Source: Candidatus Uhrbacteria bacterium (GTDB taxonomy: Bacteria > Patescibacteriota > Patescibacteriia > JACQRZ01). From it: a stretch of 64,000 nucleotides of DNA. Below, piece by piece: positions 37,710 to 46,539 of this stretch. Within the stretch, counting starts at the first letter, position 1, and every line of letters begins with the position of its first letter. A program made the translations under genes and the position numbers. Under the pieces are notes generated by a model. The model had not been told where the DNA came from. It ran no database searches and saw only the letters and a program-made list of their open reading frames with translations. Location of the stretch: assembly GCA_016206175.1 (NCBI GenBank), contig JACQSB010000007.1, positions 8,639-72,638 of the forward strand, written 5' to 3'.

Positions 37710-39188
37710 TCAAGAAAGGACGGGAGTTTTCTTATGCCATTCGGTTGATTGCTCGTAGGCATACCCGACGCGCAAGATCATTGCTTCATCAAAGTGGCGT
37801 CCAAGCAGTTGCAATCCGATGGGGAGTTGCTTGCCACCTTTGTCGGCATAGCCGCACGGCACGACAAGCCCGGGGATGCCGGCAATATTTGCTGACACGG
37901 TAAAAACATCTGCAAGATACATGGTTAATGGATCGTCAGTGCGCTCCCCTATCTTAAATGCCACGACAGGCGAAGCCGGGGTCGCGATGCAGTCAACCTC
38001 GCGGAATGCGTTGTCAAAGTCACGGCGCACTTGCAGGCGGACTGCTTGCGCTTTTTTATAGTATGCATCGTAGTAGCCTGCCGCAAGGGCGTATGTTCCA
38101 AGCATGATGCGGCGGCGCGTTTCTTGCCCAAACCCCTGGCCGCGGGACAGCCGATACACTTCATCGAGATTTTTTGCTTCCGGAGCTGTAAAGCCGTATC
38201 GAATGCCATCGAAACGAGCAAGGTTTGCGCTGGCTTCTGCCGGCTGCAAAATGTAATATACTGCAAGCGCGTATTTCGAAAGGGGCAATGTGATGGGTAC
38301 AATCTTCGCGCCAAGCGATTCGAGTTGCGTAATCGCTGCACGCACGGCTGCCACTACGTCAGTATCCATGCCGTCGATAAAATAATCTTCCGGCACCCCT
38401 ATTTTCAAACCTTGTATCGAATGAAAAATCTCTCCGACAATCGGTTTTGAAGGCGCTGCCATACTGCTTGCATCAAGTGGATCAGGTCCTTTGATCGCGT
38501 CAAAGACGATTGCGGCATCTTCAACTGTCTTTGTAAGCGGACCGATCTGGTCAAGCGATGATGCGAGCGCTATGACTCCGCTACGCGAAACAGCGCCATA
38601 GGTTGGTTTTAATCCGACAATGCCGCACAAGCTCGCCGGCTGGCGGATCGATCCACCGGTATCAGACCCAAGAGCATAGACGCACTCATCGGCTGCAACA
38701 GCTGCGGCAGATCCGCCCGAAGATCCGCCGGGCACGCACGAAAGGTCATGGGGATTTTTTGTCGATCCGTATGCCGAATTTTCCGTTGACGAACCCATTG
38801 CGAATTCGTCAAGATTCGTTTTGCCTAAAAAAACCGTTTTTGCTTTGCGCAATGCGCTAACAACGGTGGCATCATAAGAGCCATGATATGAATCCAAAAT
38901 CTTCGAAGCCGCTGTTGTCCGTCCGCCTGCAACGAGAAGATTATCTTTCAATGCCGCCGGCACGCCTTCCAATAAACCGATGCTGCTGCCAGACGCAATG
39001 TTACTGTCCACCGCGTCTGCTTGCGCGCGCGCTTCATCCCCTGTGACAGTCAAAAACGAATGAATGCCGCCATCGAGTTCTTCGATACGTCTCAAATAAA
39101 GATCCGTGATCTCACGACAAGAAAACTCTTTGTTACGTAATCCGTCATGCACTTCTTTGATGGTACGCGCTGGCAGTGGCGTTGGCAT
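37710..39188 (-). CDS. gatA: Asp-tRNA(Asn)/Glu-tRNA(Gln) amidotransferase subunit A
   Basis: GKTNLDEFAMGSSTENS, PGGSSGGSA, GSDTGGSIRQPA, RRRIMLGTY. Confidence 0.97.
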   Translation of the reverse strand: MPTPLPARTIKEVHDGLRNKEFSCREITDLYLRRIEELDGGIHSFLTVTGDEARAQADAVDSNIASGSSIGLLEGVPAALKDNLLVAGGRTTAASKILDSYHGSYDATVVSALRKAKTVFLGKTNLDEFAMGSSTENSAYGSTKNPHDLSCVPGGSSGGSAAAVAADECVYALGSDTGGSIRQPASLCGIVGLKPTYGAVSRSGVIALASSLDQIGPLTKTVEDAAIVFDAIKGPDPLDASSMAAPSKPIVGEIFHSIQGLKIGVPEDYFIDGMDTDVVAAVRAAITQLESLGAKIVPITLPLSKYALAVYYILQPAEASANLARFDGIRYGFTAPEAKNLDEVYRLSRGQGFGQETRRRIMLGTYALAAGYYDAYYKKAQAVRLQVRRDFDNAFREVDCIATPASPVVAFKIGERTDDPLTMYLADVFTVSANIAGIPGLVVPCGYADKGGKQLPIGLQLLGRHFDEAMILRVGYAYEQSTEWHKKTPVLS

Positions 39189-39194
39189 ACTACA

Positions 39195-39491
39195 CTAGGA
39201 AGAAAACACTCCTTTGACTTTTAAGAAATCGCCTGCTCTGTCAGGCATGCTATCAAGAAGGCGCTTGCGCGTTTCATCGTCGCATCCGACAAGGGCATCA
39301 TCTGCATTCCCGTTCCGCAACCCTTCTACGGGGTACTCATAAGCTACATCTGCCGTATCGATTTCTTGCAGTTGCGACACATACTCAAGAATGGAAGAAA
39401 GCTGGGTTGAAAACCGATCTTCTTCCGCTTCAGAAAGGTCAAGACGCGCAAGTTTTGCAATATGTTGAATGTCTTTTTTTGTAAGCGCCAT
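39195..39491 (-). CDS. gatC: Asp-tRNA(Asn)/Glu-tRNA(Gln) amidotransferase subunit C
   Basis: HIAKLARL, LSSILEYVSQLQEIDT; directly upstream of gatA. Confidence 0.92.
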   Translation of the reverse strand: MALTKKDIQHIAKLARLDLSEAEEDRFSTQLSSILEYVSQLQEIDTADVAYEYPVEGLRNGNADDALVGCDDETRKRLLDSMPDRAGDFLKVKGVFSS

Positions 39492-39514
39492 AGTTTCCCC
39501 AGTATACACAATGG

Positions 39515-39560
39515 AAAAAAAAAGAAAAGGAGTAGCCGATGAGCTTCCCTCCGGCTACCC
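39515..39560 (-). terminator. Intrinsic terminator after the metalloprotease gene
   Basis: Stem gtagccg/cggctac (39532-39558) followed by a long T-tract on the minus strand. Confidence 0.6.
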
Positions 39561-39600
39561 CGTGCAGGAAAAATCGTGCCGAAACACGAAATGGAACCTA

Positions 39601-40791
39601 TTATTCTGTGCTATCAGGTGAAATGATTTTTGCCGTAATCGCATACAGTGCCCGTGCGACCACGTCCGAAGGATCATCTGCCGGATCACCGTCAACCGAA
39701 TCCATGACCTCGACATACTGCTCTTGCTCCACCCATAGCGTCCATGGCATCACACGGTAAATTGCCGCAGGCGCTTGAGGACCGTAGGGGAAAAAGAGAA
39801 GCAGCGAACCGACAGTCACGGGACGCGTTCGCGAGATTGCCTTGAAGGCGTACGGTTGGTACTGCGGATACATGAGATCATCCGTCCGCCGGCTGTGGAA
39901 GACGCCGATGGTATGGAAGAGCTCATGCGTCATGACTTTTGCCACCCGCTCGCGCATGAAACGCGTAATCGCGCTAGGAGAAAAATGGCCCTCTTGCAAT
40001 GCACGCAGCGAGTTTCGCATCTCCTCGACAGAAAGCAGGATTCGGACATCTGTCATGGAGCGATGATAAATTCCGAACTCCGGAATGTAGGTCACGTCCT
40101 GAAGTTTGGCAGCGACCCTGCCGATCGTCGAGTTGCCGAACGTACCCTCTGGCCGGCCGGCATACACTCGAGGTACAGCTGCGAGCCGTTCTGTCATCTG
40201 GACAGGGATAGAATACTCCTCCTTCGAAGGAGTTGCGTCTGCAGGCCGGCAGCGAATCTTGGTGCGACGTTCGAATGCGGCAGTGGCATCTGTGATTCCA
40301 AGCCTGATGCTTTCTCGATAGACAAACAGTTGCGTGCCGAGTGTTGCTTCATCAAGCTTTGGCAGCACGATTGTCATGCCGGCGGAAAGCGCGACTGCTT
40401 CGTTGGTCACGATCGCAAACCGATCGAACAGCACCTCGCTGTCGTAGCTGACCACTTCGCGTGCAAGCACCATTTGATACACGTGCCGGCGTGTAAGTTC
40501 GATGTCGTCGCGCGACAATCCGAACCGTTTGCATGTTTGATCATCGAGACCATCAAGCAACCGCAAAAAGGGAGCGTTGGCAAGGGCAAGTTCCTGTCGA
40601 GCTGTCAGTTGCCGCGCCTCTACGGAAAAACCGCCAGGGGTTTGCGCATCCGGATTTGCTGGTCGCTGCTGCGTTGACCGGTCGGATGCCGCCACCTGAT
40701 TGAACGTGGCAACCGGATCAGAAGGCGCTGCCCGACTTAAAGCAACAGCACAGAACAAAATGAAAACGAACAAACGCTTCACCACAACCAA
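39601..40791 (-). CDS. Secreted metzincin/matrixin-like zinc metalloprotease
   Basis: Signal peptide; HELFHTIGVFH (HExxHxxGxxH) followed by Met-turn DLMYP. Confidence 0.75.
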   Translation of the reverse strand: MVVVKRLFVFILFCAVALSRAAPSDPVATFNQVAASDRSTQQRPANPDAQTPGGFSVEARQLTARQELALANAPFLRLLDGLDDQTCKRFGLSRDDIELTRRHVYQMVLAREVVSYDSEVLFDRFAIVTNEAVALSAGMTIVLPKLDEATLGTQLFVYRESIRLGITDATAAFERRTKIRCRPADATPSKEEYSIPVQMTERLAAVPRVYAGRPEGTFGNSTIGRVAAKLQDVTYIPEFGIYHRSMTDVRILLSVEEMRNSLRALQEGHFSPSAITRFMRERVAKVMTHELFHTIGVFHSRRTDDLMYPQYQPYAFKAISRTRPVTVGSLLLFFPYGPQAPAAIYRVMPWTLWVEQEQYVEVMDSVDGDPADDPSDVVARALYAITAKIISPDSTE

Positions 40792-40941
40792 TCTCCTCTC
40801 TCCATGCCTATGGCTTTATACGCCACGGCTTTTTACACTAGGTGGATGAGAACGAGAACGATGAATCTATAAAAACTATGGTGAACGTACGGTACTTCAA
40901 TCGTACCATATCGTGCTGCAAAAAGGAATGAATATCTCTCC

Positions 40942-43017
40942 CTACCCAAGAAGCCGAATGAAATCCTCCTCATTCAGAACAGGGACGCCCAATTTTTTTG
41001 CTTTGTCATATTTCGAACCGGAATCTGCGCCTACCACAACGTAATGAGTCATCTTGCTCACAGACGAAGAAACTGTTCCGCCGCGAGCTCGGATCTTTTC
41101 TTTTGCTTGTTCGCGCGTAAAGGATGTAAATTTTCCGGTAAGCACAAACGTTGCCCCTTCAAGCTTTGTATCTCGCTTGGCGGATACTGCAGTGACGATC
41201 ACGCCACGCTTCCCGATCTTTTCAAGAAAAGACTGATTTTTCTTGTCACGAAAATACTCAGCCACGCTTGCAGCAACAACGTTGCCGATATTCGGTACTG
41301 CTTCGATCTGTTCTTGCGATGCAGCTTGCAATGCAGCAAGTGAGCCGAAGTGATCAGCAAGGTCGAGGGCGGTTTGTTCACCGACATGCCGGATACCAAG
41401 CGCATACAAAAAACGAGACAATTCGATATGCTTGCGCGCAGAAATGGCGTCAATGATATTTTGCGCCTTTTTTGTCGCGAATCGTTCCAGTGGTTCGAGG
41501 TCTCCCTTTTTGAGTGTGAAAAGGTCCGCTGCCGTCTGTATCAGACCGCTATTCATCAGCTGTTCGATAATCTTTTCTCCAAGCCCTTCGATGTTAAATG
41601 CTTTTTTTGAAACGAAATGAATGATCGCCTCTTTTTCTTGTCCGAAACAGTGTTTATGCACACAGTAAAGCGCGACTTCTCCGGGATGCCGTACAACCGC
41701 TGAACCGCATATGGGACAGTGCTGCGGAGCATGGATCTGATGCTCGTTTCCGCTCCGCATCTCTGACAACACCCTTACGACTTTTGGGATAATGTCTCCA
41801 GCTTTTTCTATGATAACGGTATCGTTGATCTTTACGCCGAGCCGTTTGATCTCATCTATGTTATGAAGCGTTGCGTTCGTCACTGTAGTCCCTGCAACCA
41901 CGACGGGTTGGAAGTGTGCGACCGGTGTGAGAGCGCCGGTGCGGCCCACTTGGAAGGTGACATCCTCAATAACTGTCGTCGCCTGCTCGGCGGGAAATTT
42001 ATATGCTACCTGCCCGCGATGCGCTTTGCCTGCCACGCCCAACTTTTCAAATAAGGAATTGGAATTTATCACAACGACGACGCCATCAGTCCAATAATCG
42101 AGCGAGGAGCGTTTGACACGCCACCTTTCATGATATGCTTCAGCTTCGGCGAGGGTCTTGCAATACTGATTGTGCGGGTTGCACTTCACGCCAAGCAGCT
42201 GCATCGCTTCATGTGCTTGTTCATGCGTACTGATGCCGAAAGAAGCTTCGTCAAGCAACGCATAGCCGAAAAAATCAAGCCGTCGAGCGGCTGTGATCTG
42301 CGGATCAAGCTGGCGGATACTGCCGGCAGAGGCGTTGCGTGGATTTGCAAATGCCGGCAGTCCCGCCTTTTGCTGTTCTCGATTGAGTGCGTCAAATGAC
42401 TTTTTGCGCATAAATACTTCCCCCCGCACTTCAATCGTGCCGCTATGCGATTGTATGCGGCTGCGGAATTTTTTTTCGTCAAGATGCGGTGAAAACTTTT
42501 TCAGAAATGCCAACAATTCTTTTTCTTCGGGAACGCGGAAGTGCAATGGGATCGCCTCGATTGTTTTTAGATTTTGCGTGACGTCTTCCCCCTCACGGCC
42601 ATCTCCACGGGTTGACCCAACCGTAAATTCCCCATTGTGATATTCCAGTGATACGGCAAGGCCATCCATCTTCAATTCTGCATAATAATCGCATGCAGCA
42701 GATGGCTTGAATCGATGAAGCCGCCCTTGCCATTCTTGCAATTCATCAAATGAAAAAACGTCCTCCATGGAAAGCATGGCGGAGGCGTGGCGGACTTTGC
42801 GAAACTTCGAGAGCGCCGCGCCTCCGACGCGCTGCGTCGGCGAAGAGGGAGTGACAAAATCAGGAAATTGTTGCTCGAGTAGATAGAGTTCATGCTTCAA
42901 TGAATCAAGCGCTGCGTCAGAGATCTCTTGACGATCGCGCACATGATAGAGATAGCGATGATATTCGACGGTCGCACGCAGACGCTCAATGCGTTTTTTC
43001 GCTTCCTGCCTTGTCAT
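40942..43017 (-). CDS. ligA: NAD-dependent DNA ligase
   Basis: ELKMDG, TRGDG..GEDVT, EVRGE, NPRNASAGS, Zn-finger CPIC, HhH repeats, BRCT. Confidence 0.97.
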   Translation of the reverse strand: MTRQEAKKRIERLRATVEYHRYLYHVRDRQEISDAALDSLKHELYLLEQQFPDFVTPSSPTQRVGGAALSKFRKVRHASAMLSMEDVFSFDELQEWQGRLHRFKPSAACDYYAELKMDGLAVSLEYHNGEFTVGSTRGDGREGEDVTQNLKTIEAIPLHFRVPEEKELLAFLKKFSPHLDEKKFRSRIQSHSGTIEVRGEVFMRKKSFDALNREQQKAGLPAFANPRNASAGSIRQLDPQITAARRLDFFGYALLDEASFGISTHEQAHEAMQLLGVKCNPHNQYCKTLAEAEAYHERWRVKRSSLDYWTDGVVVVINSNSLFEKLGVAGKAHRGQVAYKFPAEQATTVIEDVTFQVGRTGALTPVAHFQPVVVAGTTVTNATLHNIDEIKRLGVKINDTVIIEKAGDIIPKVVRVLSEMRSGNEHQIHAPQHCPICGSAVVRHPGEVALYCVHKHCFGQEKEAIIHFVSKKAFNIEGLGEKIIEQLMNSGLIQTAADLFTLKKGDLEPLERFATKKAQNIIDAISARKHIELSRFLYALGIRHVGEQTALDLADHFGSLAALQAASQEQIEAVPNIGNVVAASVAEYFRDKKNQSFLEKIGKRGVIVTAVSAKRDTKLEGATFVLTGKFTSFTREQAKEKIRARGGTVSSSVSKMTHYVVVGADSGSKYDKAKKLGVPVLNEEDFIRLLG

Positions 43018-44036
43018 TGGGATGTTGTGCCCCCCTTCTTTACTTGCTCTTCGCTAAAGAGCACATAATCAAAGATCCCGCCGGCACTATTCTTTCCGGG
43101 CACGATCGCGCGGTACATGCTTTGTGAGATAGTGCGAAAAGTTCCTTGCGGCTGAAACAAAAAATAATTCGGTATCTCCAATGGATTGCTGTTTGCTCCG
43201 AGGTCGGAGTGTATCGTCGCAACCGTTCCCTGAACATCGCGAAATAGCGCCTTGATGCGTACCAACATAGGCTTCGATTGTCCTCCGAATCCTTTTGGTA
43301 CGAGCTCGCCAATACGAAGAATGACTGTGTTGGCATCACCGGGATCAAGAAATTCTTTAACCACTTGCGCCGATGACCAATCAACCGCGCCCTCCTCCCA
43401 TACCACAATACTGACTTCAAATTGCGGATTGGGAGACCCTTCACATTGGTCAACATACGGACAGGGAGACGAAATCCATGCAAGCCGCAACGATTCAAGA
43501 TTTTGAACGCCTTTCATTTCATTCCCATCCACACGATAGAGGCCGAATTCCACTGTCTCGTTTTTTTGCAAAAGTGTTTTTTCAAGCACCGTAATGCTAT
43601 TTTTGAATCGCGTTGCATCAGCGGTATTCTCAAGCGTCCAACCCATACCTGAAGGAAACTCTCCGTCGGCTGATTTTGTCTTTCGTAAGGTCATTCTCCC
43701 TTCCTTCCGTACCTGATGGAGCCCACTTTCAATACCGGATTCTGCTGCATAGGAAGCGATGGTGGAATGATCGATGGAGCGCGCCTGGCGGATCGAGCTC
43801 ACGACGAAAAGCGCAAACTCGGCGCTCACGATCATAATGCCGGATCCGATGATGAGAGTCATAACCAACACACTGGCGGGAAAAAAAACGCAAAAACCCC
43901 AGCGAGGTTTTTGCCTCGCTTTATCTTGCCTTGCATCCGTTCGGCTTTGGAGATGTACGACGTTTTTGGATCCCCGTCCTCGCCTTCGCAAGGGCAAACT
44001 TTCGAGTCGCGGGGATGACAATTTAATATTCCTCAT
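43014..44036 (-). CDS. PilX-like minor pilin / pilus assembly protein
   Basis: Basic leader, G then hydrophobic helix, ASYAAESGIESGL motif typical of PilX N-termini. Confidence 0.65.
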   Translation of the reverse strand: MRNIKLSSPRLESLPLRRRGRGSKNVVHLQSRTDARQDKARQKPRWGFCVFFPASVLVMTLIIGSGIMIVSAEFALFVVSSIRQARSIDHSTIASYAAESGIESGLHQVRKEGRMTLRKTKSADGEFPSGMGWTLENTADATRFKNSITVLEKTLLQKNETVEFGLYRVDGNEMKGVQNLESLRLAWISSPCPYVDQCEGSPNPQFEVSIVVWEEGAVDWSSAQVVKEFLDPGDANTVILRIGELVPKGFGGQSKPMLVRIKALFRDVQGTVATIHSDLGANSNPLEIPNYFLFQPQGTFRTISQSMYRAIVPGKNSAGGIFDYVLFSEEQVKKGGTTSQ

Positions 44037-44746
44037 CGTCGATATTCACGTGATGAAATAGTTGTTTGCACGGAAAGATTCGCTGTTTCTTTGAATCCTT
44101 TAATCTGTGCTGTGGCGTCAAAAATAACTGTCACTTTCGGCTGTTTATCGTTGGCGTATTCGTTCTTGTCATTCATCACAAACGGTGTCTGGTCTGGTGT
44201 AATATAAAAGCGGAGTTTATTGATTTTCACGCCTTGTGATGACGCGACACTCCACGTCTGGCCATTGTCGTCGCTTATGATGAGACATGGCTTGCTCTTT
44301 TCATCAAGACAAATATCCGGCTCAAGCTCAACGGTCCCCCCCTGGCCAAAACGCAAAATCGATCCGTCAAACCGTTTGAGCGCAAGTTGGTCATTCCCAA
44401 CATCCAGATCGATTGGCGTCACACATAATCCAAGATTGCCACGCAAATCCTGGTAACAGCCAAAATCAATACCGCCTCCCGACAACGCCTGTGTGATCGT
44501 CTGGAGCAAGTAGCGGGCATCAGCGTGCAGCTTTTCGGTAGCAGCCACTTTTCGCTGTGCTTGCTGCGCGCGCACGAAGATATCGACTGCACCAGCAAGA
44601 AGGAGGGTAAAAACAAAAATAACTACAAGGAGCTCCATGAATGTGAAGCCGGGAAGCATAGCCCGTCGCAACAATCGGCTCGTATCCACTCGCCTACTTC
44701 GGTGCCTATTCACGGGATGATAGAAGATTGCTTTTGTGTTGCTCAT
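44033..44746 (-). CDS. Type IV prepilin-like protein (PilW/PulJ-like)
   Basis: PG|FTFMELLVVIFVF N-methylation motif; C-terminal QPKVT...QTTISSREY. Confidence 0.88.
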   Translation of the reverse strand: MSNTKAIFYHPVNRHRSRRVDTSRLLRRAMLPGFTFMELLVVIFVFTLLLAGAVDIFVRAQQAQRKVAATEKLHADARYLLQTITQALSGGGIDFGCYQDLRGNLGLCVTPIDLDVGNDQLALKRFDGSILRFGQGGTVELEPDICLDEKSKPCLIISDDNGQTWSVASSQGVKINKLRFYITPDQTPFVMNDKNEYANDKQPKVTVIFDATAQIKGFKETANLSVQTTISSREYRR

Positions 44747-44748
44747 CG

Positions 44749-46032
44749 CTATCTCCAGTTATAGAGTTGTTCAACAACTGTCGTTGACTGTGTTCCTCCT
44801 GCTCCTTGCCAGCCAGTTTCAGAGATTACTCGGATACCGATCTTTTCGCCCGCTCCCGTGCAATCGATTACCTGCCGTATCTGCTCCGAGCCATCCGCAT
44901 CTTGGCAGATAGGATCAAATCGGATGCGGCGAAAATACGGCGTACGGCTTACGTCCGATCCAGGATTTTCAAGTTGGAGAAACCGTCCATCGTTCTTTTG
45001 GTAGATGCGAAAAATATCGGTAAAAATGGCGTTGTCATCACCACATGACGTCACAAACCGAAATCCATCCATCGTATCATTCAGCACAGCACAACGATCC
45101 TGATCGCCCACCAATCCGGCGTCCCATTGCTCGATTTTTATCCAATTCGCATCACGGACGTTTCGTGCGATTTCGATTCCTTCACGCGCAAGATTTGACG
45201 CCACGAGACGGATGCTACCGATTGTCTGGTTACGGACATTTGCCGTGGTGAGCCCCAATACGCCGACAAGACCGACAGCAAGAATAAAAGTAGCGGCGAT
45301 AAGTTCGATCAACGTCTGGCCAGATGCGACTATACTCTTCCTTCTGATGAGAATGTCGCCAAATAGTTCCGGTTGCGCTACTTCAATCCACCGTTGCTTA
45401 ACTAACTCTAATACTGCCAAAAAACTGACAATGATCTCCGTGCGAGAACGCGCGTGAGAAAGGGTGTGGAGAAATGAGAGTGATGAACCATGCTGCGCCA
45501 TATCTTTGAGAAGCGCCATTTTTTCTTGGATCGTAATGCCGGGGTCAAAATGGATACGAACAGGCGGTTTTTCTATGGCTGTATGCTGCAAAAGTGAAGT
45601 GAATGCCTGACGGAGCGTTTCCGGTTTCACTTTTTTGGGAGGCAAAAAAATCTGTTTGTCATGTTCAAGGGAAAACGGCCGGAAGTATGCGACACGGTTT
45701 TGTCCGAGAATCTGTTCAAGCTGTTTTGCCGCTCGATGGTATTCTTGGTATATCTTGAGTTGAGTTTTTAAATCTTCGATTTCTGCCTCATCCTCTTTGG
45801 TGAGATACGGCAGAAGGAGTTTTGATTTGATATAAATAAGCTTTGCTGCGATAACGAGAAAATCCGCGAGTTCGGACGCGCGGATGTGGTCCGCAAGCTG
45901 CGCAATGCGTTCAAGGTACTGATCGGTGACCGCGGCGAGCGACAAAGCGGTGATGTCAAGCTTTTCAGCTTCAATCAACTCTAGCAGCACATCGAGCGGC
46001 CCTTCAAATTGTTCAACTTTTACGGCGAGCAC
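44749..46032 (-). CDS. scpA: ScpA (segregation/condensation kleisin) fused in frame to a PilV-like type IV minor pilin
   Basis: FEGPLDVLLELIE, FLVIAAKLIYIKSKLLLP, IIVSFLAVLEL, QPELFGDILI, then RRKSIVASG|QTLIELIAATFILAVGLVGVL...LAREGIEIARNVRD...LYNWR; GTG start at 46032. Confidence 0.88.
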   Translation of the reverse strand: MLAVKVEQFEGPLDVLLELIEAEKLDITALSLAAVTDQYLERIAQLADHIRASELADFLVIAAKLIYIKSKLLLPYLTKEDEAEIEDLKTQLKIYQEYHRAAKQLEQILGQNRVAYFRPFSLEHDKQIFLPPKKVKPETLRQAFTSLLQHTAIEKPPVRIHFDPGITIQEKMALLKDMAQHGSSLSFLHTLSHARSRTEIIVSFLAVLELVKQRWIEVAQPELFGDILIRRKSIVASGQTLIELIAATFILAVGLVGVLGLTTANVRNQTIGSIRLVASNLAREGIEIARNVRDANWIKIEQWDAGLVGDQDRCAVLNDTMDGFRFVTSCGDDNAIFTDIFRIYQKNDGRFLQLENPGSDVSRTPYFRRIRFDPICQDADGSEQIRQVIDCTGAGEKIGIRVISETGWQGAGGTQSTTVVEQLYNWR

Positions 46033-46522
46033 GGCGGTTCTTTTTCTTGATTTGTTTTTTTGGTACGCCAAACACCCCGACGATCGGATTTTCAAAACGC
46101 AAAAAATCCTTCACATGCACCAGAACGGATTCTTTGAAACTCCCGCCGGAAAGCACCAATCGCTTTTGTTTCAACAGTTTCCGATCAAGAAATACCGGCA
46201 GCTTATAAAGGCTGCCAAACGAAGAAAGCGGCCCTTTTGAGACTTTGATCTTTTTTACCATTTCCCGTTCGGTGGGTATCGATACTTTTTTTACTGAAGC
46301 GACCTTACCAAGTTTTTTTGAGTCAAGCTGGCTTGCTGCGGAAAGCAATGCGACCGCCAATCCCTTATCGGTCTTGATGAGCAACGTTTTTACCACCTGT
46401 GTTAAAGGAACATGAAGAGTAGCCGCCAAATCAAAGGCGGTGTATACAACACGATGTTTGAGCGTGTCGTACTTCACCCGTGCAGCATCCAATGCTTTTG
46501 TGAGCTTTTTTGATAGTGGCAT
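46013..46522 (-). CDS. YbaK/EbsC family aminoacyl-tRNA deacylase-like protein
   Basis: HRVVYTAFDLA, QVVKTLL, FGSLYKLPV.LD, SGGSF..SV. Confidence 0.85.
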   Translation of the reverse strand: MPLSKKLTKALDAARVKYDTLKHRVVYTAFDLAATLHVPLTQVVKTLLIKTDKGLAVALLSAASQLDSKKLGKVASVKKVSIPTEREMVKKIKVSKGPLSSFGSLYKLPVFLDRKLLKQKRLVLSGGSFKESVLVHVKDFLRFENPIVGVFGVPKKQIKKKNRRARRKS

Positions 46523-46539
46523 GGCATAGGTTTTAGACC

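Noticed and set aside
39775-40677. 300-aa plus-strand ORF
   Set aside because: Antisense shadow of the metalloprotease gene, which has a signal peptide and zinc motif
42430-42540. Roughly 25-aa insertion in the LigA adenylation domain as a possible intein
   Set aside because: Too short and lacks intein terminal residues; probably a lineage-specific loop
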